DNA of 64,000 nucleotides, taken from the NCBI GenBank assembly GCA_016794465.1, contig JAEUKA010000043.1:47821-111820 (forward strand), given 5' to 3'. This document shows positions 1 through 11,093 of the stretch, one piece after another; the stretch's first letter is position 1, and the number at the start of each line of letters is the position of its first letter. A model generated the notes under the pieces. That model was not told the origin of the DNA and did not search any database. It worked only from the letters and a program-made list of their open reading frames with translations. The DNA is from Myxococcales bacterium (GTDB lineage: Bacteria > Myxococcota_A > Polyangia > Palsa-1104 > JAEUJZ01). The position numbers and the translations under genes are program-made.

Positions 1-328
1 GTTCGTGAACTGCGTTTCAGACGCCCAGCAAGCCGAGGCCTTTGCGCGCTATGCCGTTCCAGAGTCGCGCCGCGTGGGCAAAGGACCGACGACGGCAGTG
101 GCCGAGATCAAGTTTGCGGCGGCCCGACCTCCCCTCCTGATGATCGCAGGCAGTGAAGACCACATCATTCCGCCCAGCCTAAACCGCAGCAACTACGCCA
201 AGTACGAACAGAGCCCGTCCATCACCGACTTCCGCGAGTTCGAGGGCCGCTGCCACTACACCGTTGGACAAAACGGCTGGGAAGAAGTAGCTGACTACGT
301 ACTCGATTGGATCGTAAAAAATCAGTAG
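1..328 (+). CDS. alpha/beta-hydrolase-fold protein, C-terminal fragment (gene begins upstream of the window)
   Basis: ORF runs off the 5' edge; the tail (SEDHIIPPS...HYTVGQNGWEEVADYVLDWI) resembles the C-terminal region of alpha/beta hydrolases around the catalytic His. Confidence 0.45.
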   Translation, partial: FVNCVSDAQQAEAFARYAVPESRRVGKGPTTAVAEIKFAAARPPLLMIAGSEDHIIPPSLNRSNYAKYEQSPSITDFREFEGRCHYTVGQNGWEEVADYVLDWIVKNQ

Positions 329-2182
329 ATGATGACCAAAGAGCAGTGCCTGGCGGAGCATCCCTGGCCGAAGGAATATGCCAGCGAGCGACGCCTGGAG
401 TGGTTCTGGCAGTTCGAGGTTCCGCTGGCGGCAAGCGAGCTGTGGCGACTGGTCGCGGACTCTTCCCGATTCAATCGTGCGCTTCATGTCAGCGAGATGA
501 AGTTCGAGGAGCGCGATGGCAAGCGCTGGGGATCTTCGCGTCCGGGCGGGATTGCCCACGAGTGGATCGAGGTTCCGTGGAACTGGGTTGCCGAGCGCTG
601 GATGGAGTCGGTCCGAATCTACACGCGCGGCTTTTCTCGCGTGGTGTATGCGGTCTTTGTGCTCACTCCGCTCGGAGATGAGAGCACGCGTCTGTCGATT
701 TACTTTGGTGCGATTCCCAGCGGAGTGGTGTCGGGAGCGCTGCTCAAGCTCGGGTTTGCGGGTCTGTACAAAGACTATGTTCGGCTGCTTCCGATCCTGG
801 CAGAGGAAGTCCGGAATCGTCGTCCATCGTCGCTGGTAGTGCCCGGAACAGAGCTCGCAGAAGGAGCGGAGTCGCGGTTACAGACCATTCGCGATTCCTT
901 GGTGAAGCGCTCGCTGGACACGCGCTGTATTGATCTTTTGATCGACTGGATTCGTCATGGCGATGATCAAGATCTGTTCCGGATTCAGGTGCGCGAGCGG
1001 GCCCGCGCTTGGGATGTCGAGGAAGAGGCACTCCTGCGGGTCTGTCTGCATGCCACCCGGCTGGGAATGCTAGAGCTGTCTTGGGATGAGATGTGTCCGC
1101 ACTGTCGCGGGGTCAGCAAGCACAACGGAAGTCTGGGCGCTCTGACGGCAGCGGGGCACTGTGCGGTGTGTCAGATCGACTTTGGTACGGACTCTGCGGA
1201 AGCGGTGGAGCTGACCTTTCACGTTCATCCCTCGATTCGCGAAGTTCCGCAGCGCACCTTCTGTAGTGCCGAGCCATCGACCAAAGAGCACATTCGGGTG
1301 CAGCGGACGGTGCCCGCCGGATCGGTGATTACGACGACGCCACCGCTGCGACCCGGACGGTATCGACTGCGACTGGCCGGTGAGCAGCGCTACGGCTATC
1401 TCGATGTCAGCGCGCAAGCAGAGTCGTGCGAACTCGAGTGGCGCAGCAACAGCGAACTGTCCGAAGTGACGACGGGTCCGTCGCCGACTCTGCGACTCTG
1501 TAACGATCAGGAATCGGCAGTTACGTTCGTCGTGGAAGTCGCGCAGTGGGGCGATCTGGCGCTGCGACCAGGCCGAGTCCTGAGCCTTCAGGAATTTCGG
1601 GATCTGTTTAGTGAAGAGTATCTGGGAACCGATGTGCAGCTCGCGATCGGAGAACAGACGATTCTGTTTACCGATATGGTGGGCTCGACGGCTCTGTACG
1701 CGCAGCACGGTGATGCGCTGGCTTTTCGCGAAGTGCGGCGTCACTTTGGAGATGTCTTCACAATCGTTGGGAATCGCCGGGGCGCAGTGGTCAAGACGAT
1801 CGGAGATGCGGTGATGGCTGCGTTCACCAATCCGCTCGATGCAGTGGTCGCGGCCAAAGAGATTCACGAGTGCTTCCATCCCGAGCGCTCCGACAACCAA
1901 ACCCGGCTGCGGATCTCGCTGAACACCGGGCCGTGCATCGCGGTCAAGCTCAACACCGACATCGACTATTTTGGCCACACCGTCAATGTCGCGGCCAAGC
2001 TACAGAGTCTGGTCGATGCGTGGCAAGTGGCGATGAGCACCGCTGTGTATGAAGCCCCAGGAGTGTCCGCTTGGCTGGCTGCGCAGCACGCAGCGCTTGA
2101 AGATGTCACGTATGACTCCAAGTCGCTGCGCACTGCGGTAAGGGTGAAGCGCTGGACGCTCTATCGAGATCAGGAGTCCTAA
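329..2182 (+). CDS. class III adenylate/guanylate cyclase with an N-terminal SRPBCC/START-like domain and a central Cys4 zinc-ribbon-like motif
   Basis: C-terminal CHD signature (FTDMVGSTALY...KTIGDAVMAAF); CPHC...CAVC pair in the middle of the protein; ATG directly follows the upstream stop. Confidence 0.85.
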   Translation: MMTKEQCLAEHPWPKEYASERRLEWFWQFEVPLAASELWRLVADSSRFNRALHVSEMKFEERDGKRWGSSRPGGIAHEWIEVPWNWVAERWMESVRIYTRGFSRVVYAVFVLTPLGDESTRLSIYFGAIPSGVVSGALLKLGFAGLYKDYVRLLPILAEEVRNRRPSSLVVPGTELAEGAESRLQTIRDSLVKRSLDTRCIDLLIDWIRHGDDQDLFRIQVRERARAWDVEEEALLRVCLHATRLGMLELSWDEMCPHCRGVSKHNGSLGALTAAGHCAVCQIDFGTDSAEAVELTFHVHPSIREVPQRTFCSAEPSTKEHIRVQRTVPAGSVITTTPPLRPGRYRLRLAGEQRYGYLDVSAQAESCELEWRSNSELSEVTTGPSPTLRLCNDQESAVTFVVEVAQWGDLALRPGRVLSLQEFRDLFSEEYLGTDVQLAIGEQTILFTDMVGSTALYAQHGDALAFREVRRHFGDVFTIVGNRRGAVVKTIGDAVMAAFTNPLDAVVAAKEIHECFHPERSDNQTRLRISLNTGPCIAVKLNTDIDYFGHTVNVAAKLQSLVDAWQVAMSTAVYEAPGVSAWLAAQHAALEDVTYDSKSLRTAVRVKRWTLYRDQES

Positions 2183-2201
2183 GCTGCGCACTCTGGCGCT
2201 G

Positions 2202-2678
2202 TTAGTTCTTCTTGTCATCACCGAGTGAGACTGCGATCTTTCGGGGCTGCGCGGCCACTCGCTTGGGAATCTTGATGCTCAGCACACCGGCAACCAGCTC
2301 GGCTTTGATCTGATCCACATCGGCGCTCTCTGGAAGGGTGAACGAGCGCTGGAAGCTTCCGTAGCTCCGCTCGACCATAAAGTAGTTTTCGCCTTCCTTC
2401 CGCTCCTCTGCTTCGCGCTTGCCACCGATGGTGAGCCGATTCCCAGTGTGAGCGATCTCGAGATCCGCTTCCTTTACGCCCGGCAGATCTGCTTTGAACA
2501 GGAACGCGTCTTTGGTTTCCTTCACATCAAAGCTCGGCGCAAACTCCAGCTGCCGCTGCGCTCCCTCTGCGGACGGCGCAACCCGGAACAGACCTTCCAT
2601 CACCCGGAACGGATCAAGATCCGAAAACAGCGACGAGAGTTGAGCAGGATGATAGGTACGACGAATGATTCCGGACAT
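2202..2678 (-). CDS. Hsp20/alpha-crystallin family small heat-shock protein
   Basis: alpha-crystallin domain motifs (FDVKETKDAFLFKADLPGVKEADLEI...LTIGGKRE...FQRSFTLPESAD). Confidence 0.9.
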   Translation of the reverse strand: MSGIIRRTYHPAQLSSLFSDLDPFRVMEGLFRVAPSAEGAQRQLEFAPSFDVKETKDAFLFKADLPGVKEADLEIAHTGNRLTIGGKREAEERKEGENYFMVERSYGSFQRSFTLPESADVDQIKAELVAGVLSIKIPKRVAAQPRKIAVSLGDDKKN

Positions 2679-2895
2679 GAGACTCCTCCACTACGGACAT
2701 GGGTTGACAAGGGACTTCCGGACCGCCCAAAAGCGGACGGTACACGTGAGACTTTAGCGACTGTAGGGAGCCTTCACCCGGCGGCGGGTGCAGTCCCTAG
2801 CGGTCAATTACGTAGATAAGATTGCCCCCAACACCTAGCAAGGGGGGACCTGAAAAAAAATTTCACAGGCGATCGCGAAGAGTCCGGATGCGCAG

Positions 2896-4362
2896 CTATT
2901 TCCCGACGAGAACAGCGGTTCGACTGCGCAGCTTGACCAGCAGTCCGCGTCGTGTCTCTTTCTGAATTGCCGCATCCAGGATCTCGACATTCCAGTAGCC
3001 GAGCTGACGACCACCCAGGACAACCTGACTCTCTGCGCGCAGTCCCAGCCGACGGATCTGATCGAGATCCGCGCCGAGCTGAATCATCCCTCTGACTCCG
3101 GTCGCCTCGACCCGGCCCAGCTCTCCGCGCCTCCGCAGCAGGTTCACCAGATCGTCCCGGCGAATGAAGTAGCGACCCCGCATCAGCTCCACAAAGTCCG
3201 CGAGGACGCGAAAAAAGAGCCGCTCATCGACGCCGGCCACCTGCGCAAGCAGCTCACTCGTCCGCCGCGCCGACGGGGTCGAAGGTGCATGGAGCACACA
3301 CAGACGTACCCGATCGCGATAGCGACTCCACACCTCCAACACCGCCTTGGCCTGCTGCGAATCGGCGCTGGTTTCTAGCTGTAGGAAATAGAACAGTGTC
3401 GTCGGTGCCAGCGCCGGACCTTGACAGGGAAGCCCGCGGTCTGCAATCGGCCCAAGCTCCGGCGAACGAATCGGATCGCGACGACTCAGGAGTCCAAACC
3501 GCGACAGACGCAGCTCGGTGCGGGCTTCCTCATCGGTCACTCGGTCCCGCAGCGACTCCAAGAGCAGACTCGGTCGGGTTCCCCGGCGCAGTGCATCCTG
3601 GGCCCGCAGCCGCTGCGCATCGATCTCATCGAAGATCCGCGACTCCTGCTGCGCACCGAGGACTCGCTTGCCATTGACGAACACCTCGGGCAGGGTCTGC
3701 GTCGCCGACTGCTCACTCCACAGCGCGCCCAGCTGCCGCTGATACCGCCGTGCCGCGAGCGCCGCTTTGAGATCCGCCACATCGAGCCCAAGCCGCGCCG
3801 CCGCCTGCCACAGCTCTACCGGCAGCTTGCTGACACTGCTCTGCACCGAGCCTTTGGGAACCGCCAGGAGCTGCGGACTTTCACACAGCACCCGCAGAAA
3901 CGGAAAGCACTGCGCTGGCTGCTGATCACACGCCGCCCACAGCAGCTCTGCCCCGAGCGGTCCGTCCGACTTTTGTGGTGAAAAGCGCAGCCGGACATCG
4001 GGCTCAGCGCGCAGGCGGCGCAGCAGGTTTCGCAGCAGGACCTCGGGACAGCGCGCAGTAAGCGGAGCCTGAATCTCGACGGTCACCGGGGCATAGCGCG
4101 GACCCAGCTGCGGTGCCAGCGGCGGTGGCGAAAGCCGCACTTCCTGCGCGGTATCTGCGGGCAGCGCACCTCCATGGGCAGAGGCAAAAAAGCCCATCCC
4201 CAGCGAGCCCAGCACCGCCGCACCCAGCGCACCCCGAAGCGTCTGCCTCCCGACCGCAAAATGACTGTGCGGACGCGCAGGCTGTGGCGCGCTTATACAC
4301 CGGTCTGATCGCTCGTCTTCCACCACCGAGGTGCCCACTGCTGGCTCCGTTTTGCCCTTCAC
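2896..4362 (-). CDS. secreted protein with two DsbA-like thioredoxin-fold domains (no canonical CxxC seen)
   Basis: signal-peptide-like hydrophobic N-region; DsbA-like segments (EVFVNGKRVLGAQQESRIFDEID; a second repeat toward the C-terminus); start codon uncertain. Confidence 0.5.
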   Translation of the reverse strand: MKGKTEPAVGTSVVEDERSDRCISAPQPARPHSHFAVGRQTLRGALGAAVLGSLGMGFFASAHGGALPADTAQEVRLSPPPLAPQLGPRYAPVTVEIQAPLTARCPEVLLRNLLRRLRAEPDVRLRFSPQKSDGPLGAELLWAACDQQPAQCFPFLRVLCESPQLLAVPKGSVQSSVSKLPVELWQAAARLGLDVADLKAALAARRYQRQLGALWSEQSATQTLPEVFVNGKRVLGAQQESRIFDEIDAQRLRAQDALRRGTRPSLLLESLRDRVTDEEARTELRLSRFGLLSRRDPIRSPELGPIADRGLPCQGPALAPTTLFYFLQLETSADSQQAKAVLEVWSRYRDRVRLCVLHAPSTPSARRTSELLAQVAGVDERLFFRVLADFVELMRGRYFIRRDDLVNLLRRRGELGRVEATGVRGMIQLGADLDQIRRLGLRAESQVVLGGRQLGYWNVEILDAAIQKETRRGLLVKLRSRTAVLVGK

Positions 4363-4408
4363 TCCATTCGTAGCCTAGATGCGCGCTTTTGTGATACACC
4401 GCAGGCCT

Positions 4409-5728
<1,320 letters not shown>

Positions 5729-5740
5729 CATAATGTCGTT

Positions 5741-6166
5741 GTGGTGCTCGGCATAGGCCCTCACGAGTTTCACACGACAGGCGACATCACTGTGCTGCGC
5801 GCGCACGGCGAGTTCTCTCTTCAGGATGCAGAAGAGTATGTACGTCTGCGCAATCAGATCCTGCAAAGGCAGCGCTATGTGCTGCTGCTCATCGACTTGA
5901 CCCACACCACCGGAATGCCTCCCGAGGCCCGTCGCTACATCGCTGCGTCCAAGATCGAAAGCGATGCCCAGAACCATGCGATTGCGGTGTTTGGTGCGCG
6001 ACCCCTGACCCGCGCACTGTTGCAGCTGCTGTTCTCTGCGGTGTCTCTGATCGGTCGGAGGCCGGTCTTCGCCAGCTTTGTCAGCGACGAAGCATCGGCT
6101 CTCCGCTACCTGACCGAGCAGCGCCAAGTGATCCACAGCAGACTCCGCGAAGCAACCGCTTCCTGA
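5741..6166 (+). CDS. hypothetical protein, possible STAS/SpoIIAA-like fold
   Basis: 141-aa ORF 13 nt after fabF on the same strand; weak STAS-like pattern; no strong motif. Confidence 0.4.
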   Translation: MVLGIGPHEFHTTGDITVLRAHGEFSLQDAEEYVRLRNQILQRQRYVLLLIDLTHTTGMPPEARRYIAASKIESDAQNHAIAVFGARPLTRALLQLLFSAVSLIGRRPVFASFVSDEASALRYLTEQRQVIHSRLREATAS

Positions 6167-6227
6167 CTAGATTCCCATTCAGAATCTGTGAGCTTCGCTT
6201 GGCACCTGGGGTAGAGTCCGGCCCTTC

Positions 6228-8594
6228 ATGGCACGTACAATTCCGCCTAACGACACCTCCTTCTCTTCAGCTTCCTCGTCGGTGCTGGTTCGCAGTCACA
6301 CCACTTGGAATGTCACCTGGGGAGTCCTCGCACTCCTCTGCGTGACCCTGTTTTACGCCTTCGCGGTGATTCGCAACTTCAGCGGTCCGATCGGCGACTA
6401 CAGCGAGTCCTTCCTGTACGAATACCTGCCCTGGTATGCCTCGAAACACCTGTCGCTGTGGCCGATTCCGCACCTGTCCCTTCATACCAATGAAGTGCTC
6501 TATCCGTTTGGTGGCAACGTCGCGCTGCAGAGCTGGTGCGTCGAGCGAGACATTCTGTTTGCACTCCTCAAGCCGCACTTTCCTCACGCGCCGCTGCTGC
6601 AAATCTACTATCTGCTCGGGGTCGCGATCAGCACGCTGGGAAGCTATCTGTTACTCCTGCCGCGACATGGAGCGCTGCGGGCGGCGCTGACTGCGGTGAT
6701 CGCGCATGCATTCAACTTTTATTCGATGCAGAAGTACGCTTATCACTACAACATCGCCTGCTACCACTGGACGACTCTGGGCATTGTCTGTGACTTTGTG
6801 ATCGTCAGTCGGGTCGTCGCTGAGCGCACCGTCTCACTGCGACTCCTTTTGCTGCGCGTCCTGCTTCTGGTGCTTGCGTTCGGACTCGAGCTGGGCCATG
6901 TCCTGGGCTATTCCCTGACCTCTGTCTTGTTTGCTTCCGGCTATCTGTTGTGGTTTGTGATTCGGGAAGTTCGTGCAGGAAGGCTGTCGATTGCCCAGAC
7001 ACGGACGCAGTGGAAACTGGAGCTGAAGGAGCACCGGACGCTGCTGACTCTGCTCATCGTCTCGACGCTGGCGGTGGCCTGGATCTATCTTGGGGTCACC
7101 GCCGGAATTGTCCGGGACTCGCTGGCAATGGGAAAGTTTCCCGGCAATAGCGGAGTCTGGTGGGCGGTGCCGCTGCGACTCCTGATTCCGTATACGCCGT
7201 GGCTTCACCCGTCGATGCAGCCGCCGTTTCTGCATGTACTGGGAGACGTTGCAGAGACAGGAATTGGCGGTGGTGGCGCGGGTCTGTTTCTGCTGCTGAT
7301 CGGGATGGTAGGAATTTATCAGGCCAAGGCCTATCGCTCGCACTCGGCGCACTTTCCCTTGTTCCTAAGCTTTGTGCTTTATGTGGTAAGCGGCGCGTAT
7401 CTGCCCCTGCTGAAGCTGCTGCCGTGGTTTCTGTTCTGCCGCGTGTACTCCCGGGCGACCCTGGTCTACAGCACGCTGCTGGCGCTGTTTGCCGTCGACA
7501 TTTCGCTTCAGTCACTGCGTCCGGTGCGTCGCTATCTGGCACTCCTTTCCATTGCCGTGCTCGGCACCCTGGAGCTCACCACAATTGTCCTTATCAAGGG
7601 CGAACATCCCACCTATTCCTTTTCTGAGCATCAGCTCTCCTACTTTGACACGATAAAGAGGCATCCTGGAGAAGCCATATTGGACTTCCCTTTCTGTCTC
7701 ACCGGAGGCAACGGCGACATCGCGGGACTGTGTCCGTATTGGGAGCGCAACAAAGGGGTCTACGCCTTGGCGCGCTTTCACGAAAAGAAGGTGATCGGAC
7801 AGTATCTGGGACGGCTGCATCCGACGCAGGCTGCGCCGTTTGTCGAGCAGGGCTGGGACGAGCTGTACGATCCCGACATCCGTGACTTCCGACGAGCCAC
7901 GCGCCAGGTCCGCTGCTTGACAGATGACGAGTGGACGTTCTTTGAGCAGTTCTATCTCTACAACGACTTTGCCGGCATTCAGCTGGCGACCGATCTACTG
8001 CCCAGCGGCTGTGCAGAGCAGTTCTATGCCCGCTTTGGTCAACCGACGGCCCGGATGGAGCTGCGCGGACTTGGACCGCTTGCGTTCATTGCCAAGCCCG
8101 CTGCGCTGCGCAGTCAGGTCGATCCCGAGCGCGGCAAGCAGGTGCGCCTCCGCCGTCACGATCCCGGTCAGCTGACACGCCGCTACACTGCGCTCGATCT
8201 GCAGCGCTCCGATGAGGGAGCCGTCGCGATTCGCAGTGATCTGCACGGACAGCCGACTGTGTTCGAGTTCCTAGCCGGCAAGTCCGGTGCGATCTTCGGC
8301 CCCTATGACACGTTCCCAGCCGGCGAGTACGTCGTCCGTTTCGATCTCGAGCTGACCAAGCCAGCGACGGGAAAAGTGGCGACTCTCGATATGATTGGCG
8401 GACTTGGATCGAGCACGTACGGCAGCCATGAAGCGCGGGCCGAGCAGCTCGCAGGTGGGCGTACAGAGATCGAGTTCCCCGCGCGACTCCTGCAAAAGAG
8501 TGCACGGATCGAAGTCCGTCTTCACTCGCACGGAGCCGGACTCCTCGTTCACGGCGTCACCGTACGCCGAATCGGCCCACCGAAGAACCCCTAG
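6228..8594 (+). CDS. large polytopic membrane protein (about 10-12 TM helices plus a ~300-aa C-terminal soluble domain); possible GT-C/YfhO-like glycosyl- or lipid-modifying enzyme
   Basis: many hydrophobic helices across residues 30-460; C-terminal soluble domain; genome-typical codon usage. Confidence 0.6.
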   Translation: MARTIPPNDTSFSSASSSVLVRSHTTWNVTWGVLALLCVTLFYAFAVIRNFSGPIGDYSESFLYEYLPWYASKHLSLWPIPHLSLHTNEVLYPFGGNVALQSWCVERDILFALLKPHFPHAPLLQIYYLLGVAISTLGSYLLLLPRHGALRAALTAVIAHAFNFYSMQKYAYHYNIACYHWTTLGIVCDFVIVSRVVAERTVSLRLLLLRVLLLVLAFGLELGHVLGYSLTSVLFASGYLLWFVIREVRAGRLSIAQTRTQWKLELKEHRTLLTLLIVSTLAVAWIYLGVTAGIVRDSLAMGKFPGNSGVWWAVPLRLLIPYTPWLHPSMQPPFLHVLGDVAETGIGGGGAGLFLLLIGMVGIYQAKAYRSHSAHFPLFLSFVLYVVSGAYLPLLKLLPWFLFCRVYSRATLVYSTLLALFAVDISLQSLRPVRRYLALLSIAVLGTLELTTIVLIKGEHPTYSFSEHQLSYFDTIKRHPGEAILDFPFCLTGGNGDIAGLCPYWERNKGVYALARFHEKKVIGQYLGRLHPTQAAPFVEQGWDELYDPDIRDFRRATRQVRCLTDDEWTFFEQFYLYNDFAGIQLATDLLPSGCAEQFYARFGQPTARMELRGLGPLAFIAKPAALRSQVDPERGKQVRLRRHDPGQLTRRYTALDLQRSDEGAVAIRSDLHGQPTVFEFLAGKSGAIFGPYDTFPAGEYVVRFDLELTKPATGKVATLDMIGGLGSSTYGSHEARAEQLAGGRTEIEFPARLLQKSARIEVRLHSHGAGLLVHGVTVRRIGPPKNP

Positions 8595-8628
8595 CAAACG
8601 GTTGTTATTAGGGGTTCCAGGTGGTTGC

Positions 8629-9459
8629 TCAGCGACGGGTTAGGACCATTAGCACCAGATTCCCAAACGGCATTCGCCAGCTGGTGTGCGGAACCAAGCG
8701 GGACAGACTCCGCGCCAGGTTGTAAGAGATTCCGGCCAGAAACGGCGTCACAAAGTGCGTCGTCGTCTTCAGATCGAGCGCGAACTCTGCATCAAGCGCC
8801 GGATACAGCTCGGCCAGTCGACGCTCCATATTGAAGTATGTAAAACGTGTAATATGCTGTTCTTCGTAGCTGACTTCCGAGAGCCGATTCAACACCAGCT
8901 CAAGCGCCGGCCAGCAGCTCAGGTAGTTCGGCGTGGTCAGGACCAGCTTTCCCCCCGGACGCAGCAGCCGCGAAAGCTCCGCAAACAGCGAGCGGATCTC
9001 GGTCGGATTGAGGTGCTCGATCACCTCGATCAGCGTCACACAGTCAAAGCTGTCATTGATCGCCCGCAGGTGGGTGATGCTTGGAACGTGGCGAAAGCTG
9101 CGAAAGGAAGAGCCGTAGGTGCGGTTCGCGTAGTCAATCTGCGCCGGCAGAATATCGACGCCAAGCTGCCGCGAAAAGCGCTCCTGCGGAAGCAGGGACA
9201 GAAAGGTTCCGGCAAAGCAGCCGACATCCAGGATCGACTGCGCAGCGGTGGTCGGCAGATAGTCCAGCACTCTCTCAAACTTCGAGACGTGCCACAGTCG
9301 CCGAATCGGATTCCCTTCCCGCATAATCTGGTCGTAATAGCCAGCAGGAATCCCTTCGTAATCAAACGAAGTGCCAGCTTCTTTTGCGACATTGGGCTCG
9401 TGGGAACAGCCCCTATTCAGCTCGGTTTCCAGACGAAGCGTTTCGGATTCCTTGACCAT
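8629..9459 (-). CDS. class I SAM-dependent methyltransferase
   Basis: motif I LDVGCFAGTF and post-I GGKLVLTTPN; start taken at the internal ATG (MVKESETL) at 9459; the upstream part of the ORF looks non-coding. Confidence 0.75.
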   Translation of the reverse strand: MVKESETLRLETELNRGCSHEPNVAKEAGTSFDYEGIPAGYYDQIMREGNPIRRLWHVSKFERVLDYLPTTAAQSILDVGCFAGTFLSLLPQERFSRQLGVDILPAQIDYANRTYGSSFRSFRHVPSITHLRAINDSFDCVTLIEVIEHLNPTEIRSLFAELSRLLRPGGKLVLTTPNYLSCWPALELVLNRLSEVSYEEQHITRFTYFNMERRLAELYPALDAEFALDLKTTTHFVTPFLAGISYNLARSLSRLVPHTSWRMPFGNLVLMVLTRR

Positions 9460-9633
9460 GTGGGGTGGCTCTGCCTCGGGTGAAATCGTAAGGATGAAGC
9501 GGTAAGTTGAAGGCGCCCACAGTGCTCTTTTGGCGACTCCTTTGTCAAGGAGTGGCAGCGTCTCTGCACGAAGGGACTGCGCGGGCCGACAAGTCACTCA
9601 CGCGTGGCAGGTCATCGCTGTTAGGATTGCTAC

Positions 9634-9996
9634 ATGGTGACTCATATTCGGAAGCCGACCGTGATTACGGCGGCGGGCAACAAGCCCAAGCTGATCGAGG
9701 AGTTCGTCGGTCGGGTGAACTCAAAAAGTGAAGCGCTGAGCATCGCGCGCATGAAGAGTCCCGGCGGCTGGGTCGAGCCCGGACAGACTCCCGAGTTTGA
9801 TGAATACACAGTTGTGCTGGCGGGAGTGCTGCACGTGACCACCAAGGACGGAGTCACCGAGGTTGCAGCAGGGGAAGCGATCATCACCCCCAAAGGAGAG
9901 TGGGTGCAGTACAGCACGCCCGGCCCCGACGGTGCCGAGTACCTCGCGGTCTGTCTGCCGGCGTTCTCCCCCGCAGCCGTCCACCGCGATTCGTAA
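9634..9996 (+). CDS. cupin-domain protein
   Basis: 120 aa with a cupin beta-barrel pattern (GGWVEPGQTPEFDEYTVVLAGVLHV...GEAIITPKGEWVQY). Confidence 0.65.
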   Translation: MVTHIRKPTVITAAGNKPKLIEEFVGRVNSKSEALSIARMKSPGGWVEPGQTPEFDEYTVVLAGVLHVTTKDGVTEVAAGEAIITPKGEWVQYSTPGPDGAEYLAVCLPAFSPAAVHRDS

Positions 9997-9999
9997 GCG

Positions 10000-11016
10000 T
10001 TACTTTTTCTTGAGGATGGGACGATGGATGTCGAACTTCGGCATCCGGGTCGATTCGCAGTTGGGGCCGAAGCCGGTCGCGTCAAAGTGATAGCTGAGAT
10101 CGCCCTTCGACAGTCCGCTGCCCGTCTCGACCTTGAGGTCATGTTCCTGCGCGCGGGCTGGCGAGCAGTAGGACATTAGGTAGAAGCTCTTGGTGTACGC
10201 CTCGACGCGGCTGGCGATCGACTCGAAGGCCTTGGCCAGGGCGGCGGGGTCAGTGCTCAGGAACGATGCGGTGCGGCCGATGTTGCGCAGCTCACCGCTG
10301 TCGATTTCCTTGCCTACGCCGATGACATACAGCGCGGTGTCCTTGTTCTGGGCCTCTTCCAGGGCCTTGTCGAGATCCGGTCGCAGCACCCGCCGCGCGC
10401 GATCGGTTCCGTCGGTGAACACCACCAGCGAGCCGAACTTGAGTGGTGTTTGGGCATGCTCCAGCGCCTTGTCGAGGACCTTCAGTCCTTCGATCACCGC
10501 GCCGTTGAGGTTGGTCGAGGGATCGCGACCCTTGAAGGAACCGAGCCGCTCCGCCGCCGCGCGAACGCCGCTTTCTCCGTCGGTGAAGCCGATGATCGGA
10601 AAGATCTCTTTGCTGCCGTCGAAGCCGTAGATCGCGACTTTCTGTAAGCTGCCGACGCGATCGGCGAAGCTCTGCACCGCCGGCTTCAGCTGCTCCATCG
10701 CGCCCGACTGGGTAATGCTTCCCGACAGATCGACCAGCAGCATCGTGTAGTGAACCGCCGCGACCTCGGGGTTCAAGATCGTCTGCTTCGACTCGTAGAC
10801 CGAAACCAGGCCCGAGTCCTCGTAGATCCGGAACTTGTCCGCCGTCAGGTTCGGCACCGGATTCCCACCCGAGTCCGTCACCGAGAAGTAGACCGCCACC
10901 TGGCTCGGCTTCATCACCGCCGCGTTGTACAGCGTCAGCTTCAGACAGCCCGAGCCCATCCACAAAAGTGCCGCCGCCGTAAGCCCATGCAGCCAGCGTC
11001 GCGTCGTCCAGGTCAT
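10000..11016 (-). CDS. von Willebrand factor A (VWA) domain lipoprotein
   Basis: lipobox LWMGSGC; VWA/MIDAS-like DxSxS (LVDLSGSIT) and a following alpha/beta pattern. Confidence 0.8.
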   Translation of the reverse strand: MTWTTRRWLHGLTAAALLWMGSGCLKLTLYNAAVMKPSQVAVYFSVTDSGGNPVPNLTADKFRIYEDSGLVSVYESKQTILNPEVAAVHYTMLLVDLSGSITQSGAMEQLKPAVQSFADRVGSLQKVAIYGFDGSKEIFPIIGFTDGESGVRAAAERLGSFKGRDPSTNLNGAVIEGLKVLDKALEHAQTPLKFGSLVVFTDGTDRARRVLRPDLDKALEEAQNKDTALYVIGVGKEIDSGELRNIGRTASFLSTDPAALAKAFESIASRVEAYTKSFYLMSYCSPARAQEHDLKVETGSGLSKGDLSYHFDATGFGPNCESTRMPKFDIHRPILKKK

Positions 11017-11093
11017 CAGGTACTCCCAGTCATGCTGTGTGGTCCGTGATCGTAAGCGATTTGGCGACCGCTTGGATAGTGCGCGCTGAAACG

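Noticed and set aside
2679-2895. Heat-shock (sigma-32 or CIRCE) element upstream of the Hsp20 gene
   Set aside because: I looked for CIRCE (TTAGCACTC-N9-GAGTGCTAA) and a CTTGAAA/CCCCATNT pair. Only a loose CTTGCTA...CTTATCTA resemblance is present, which is not convincing.
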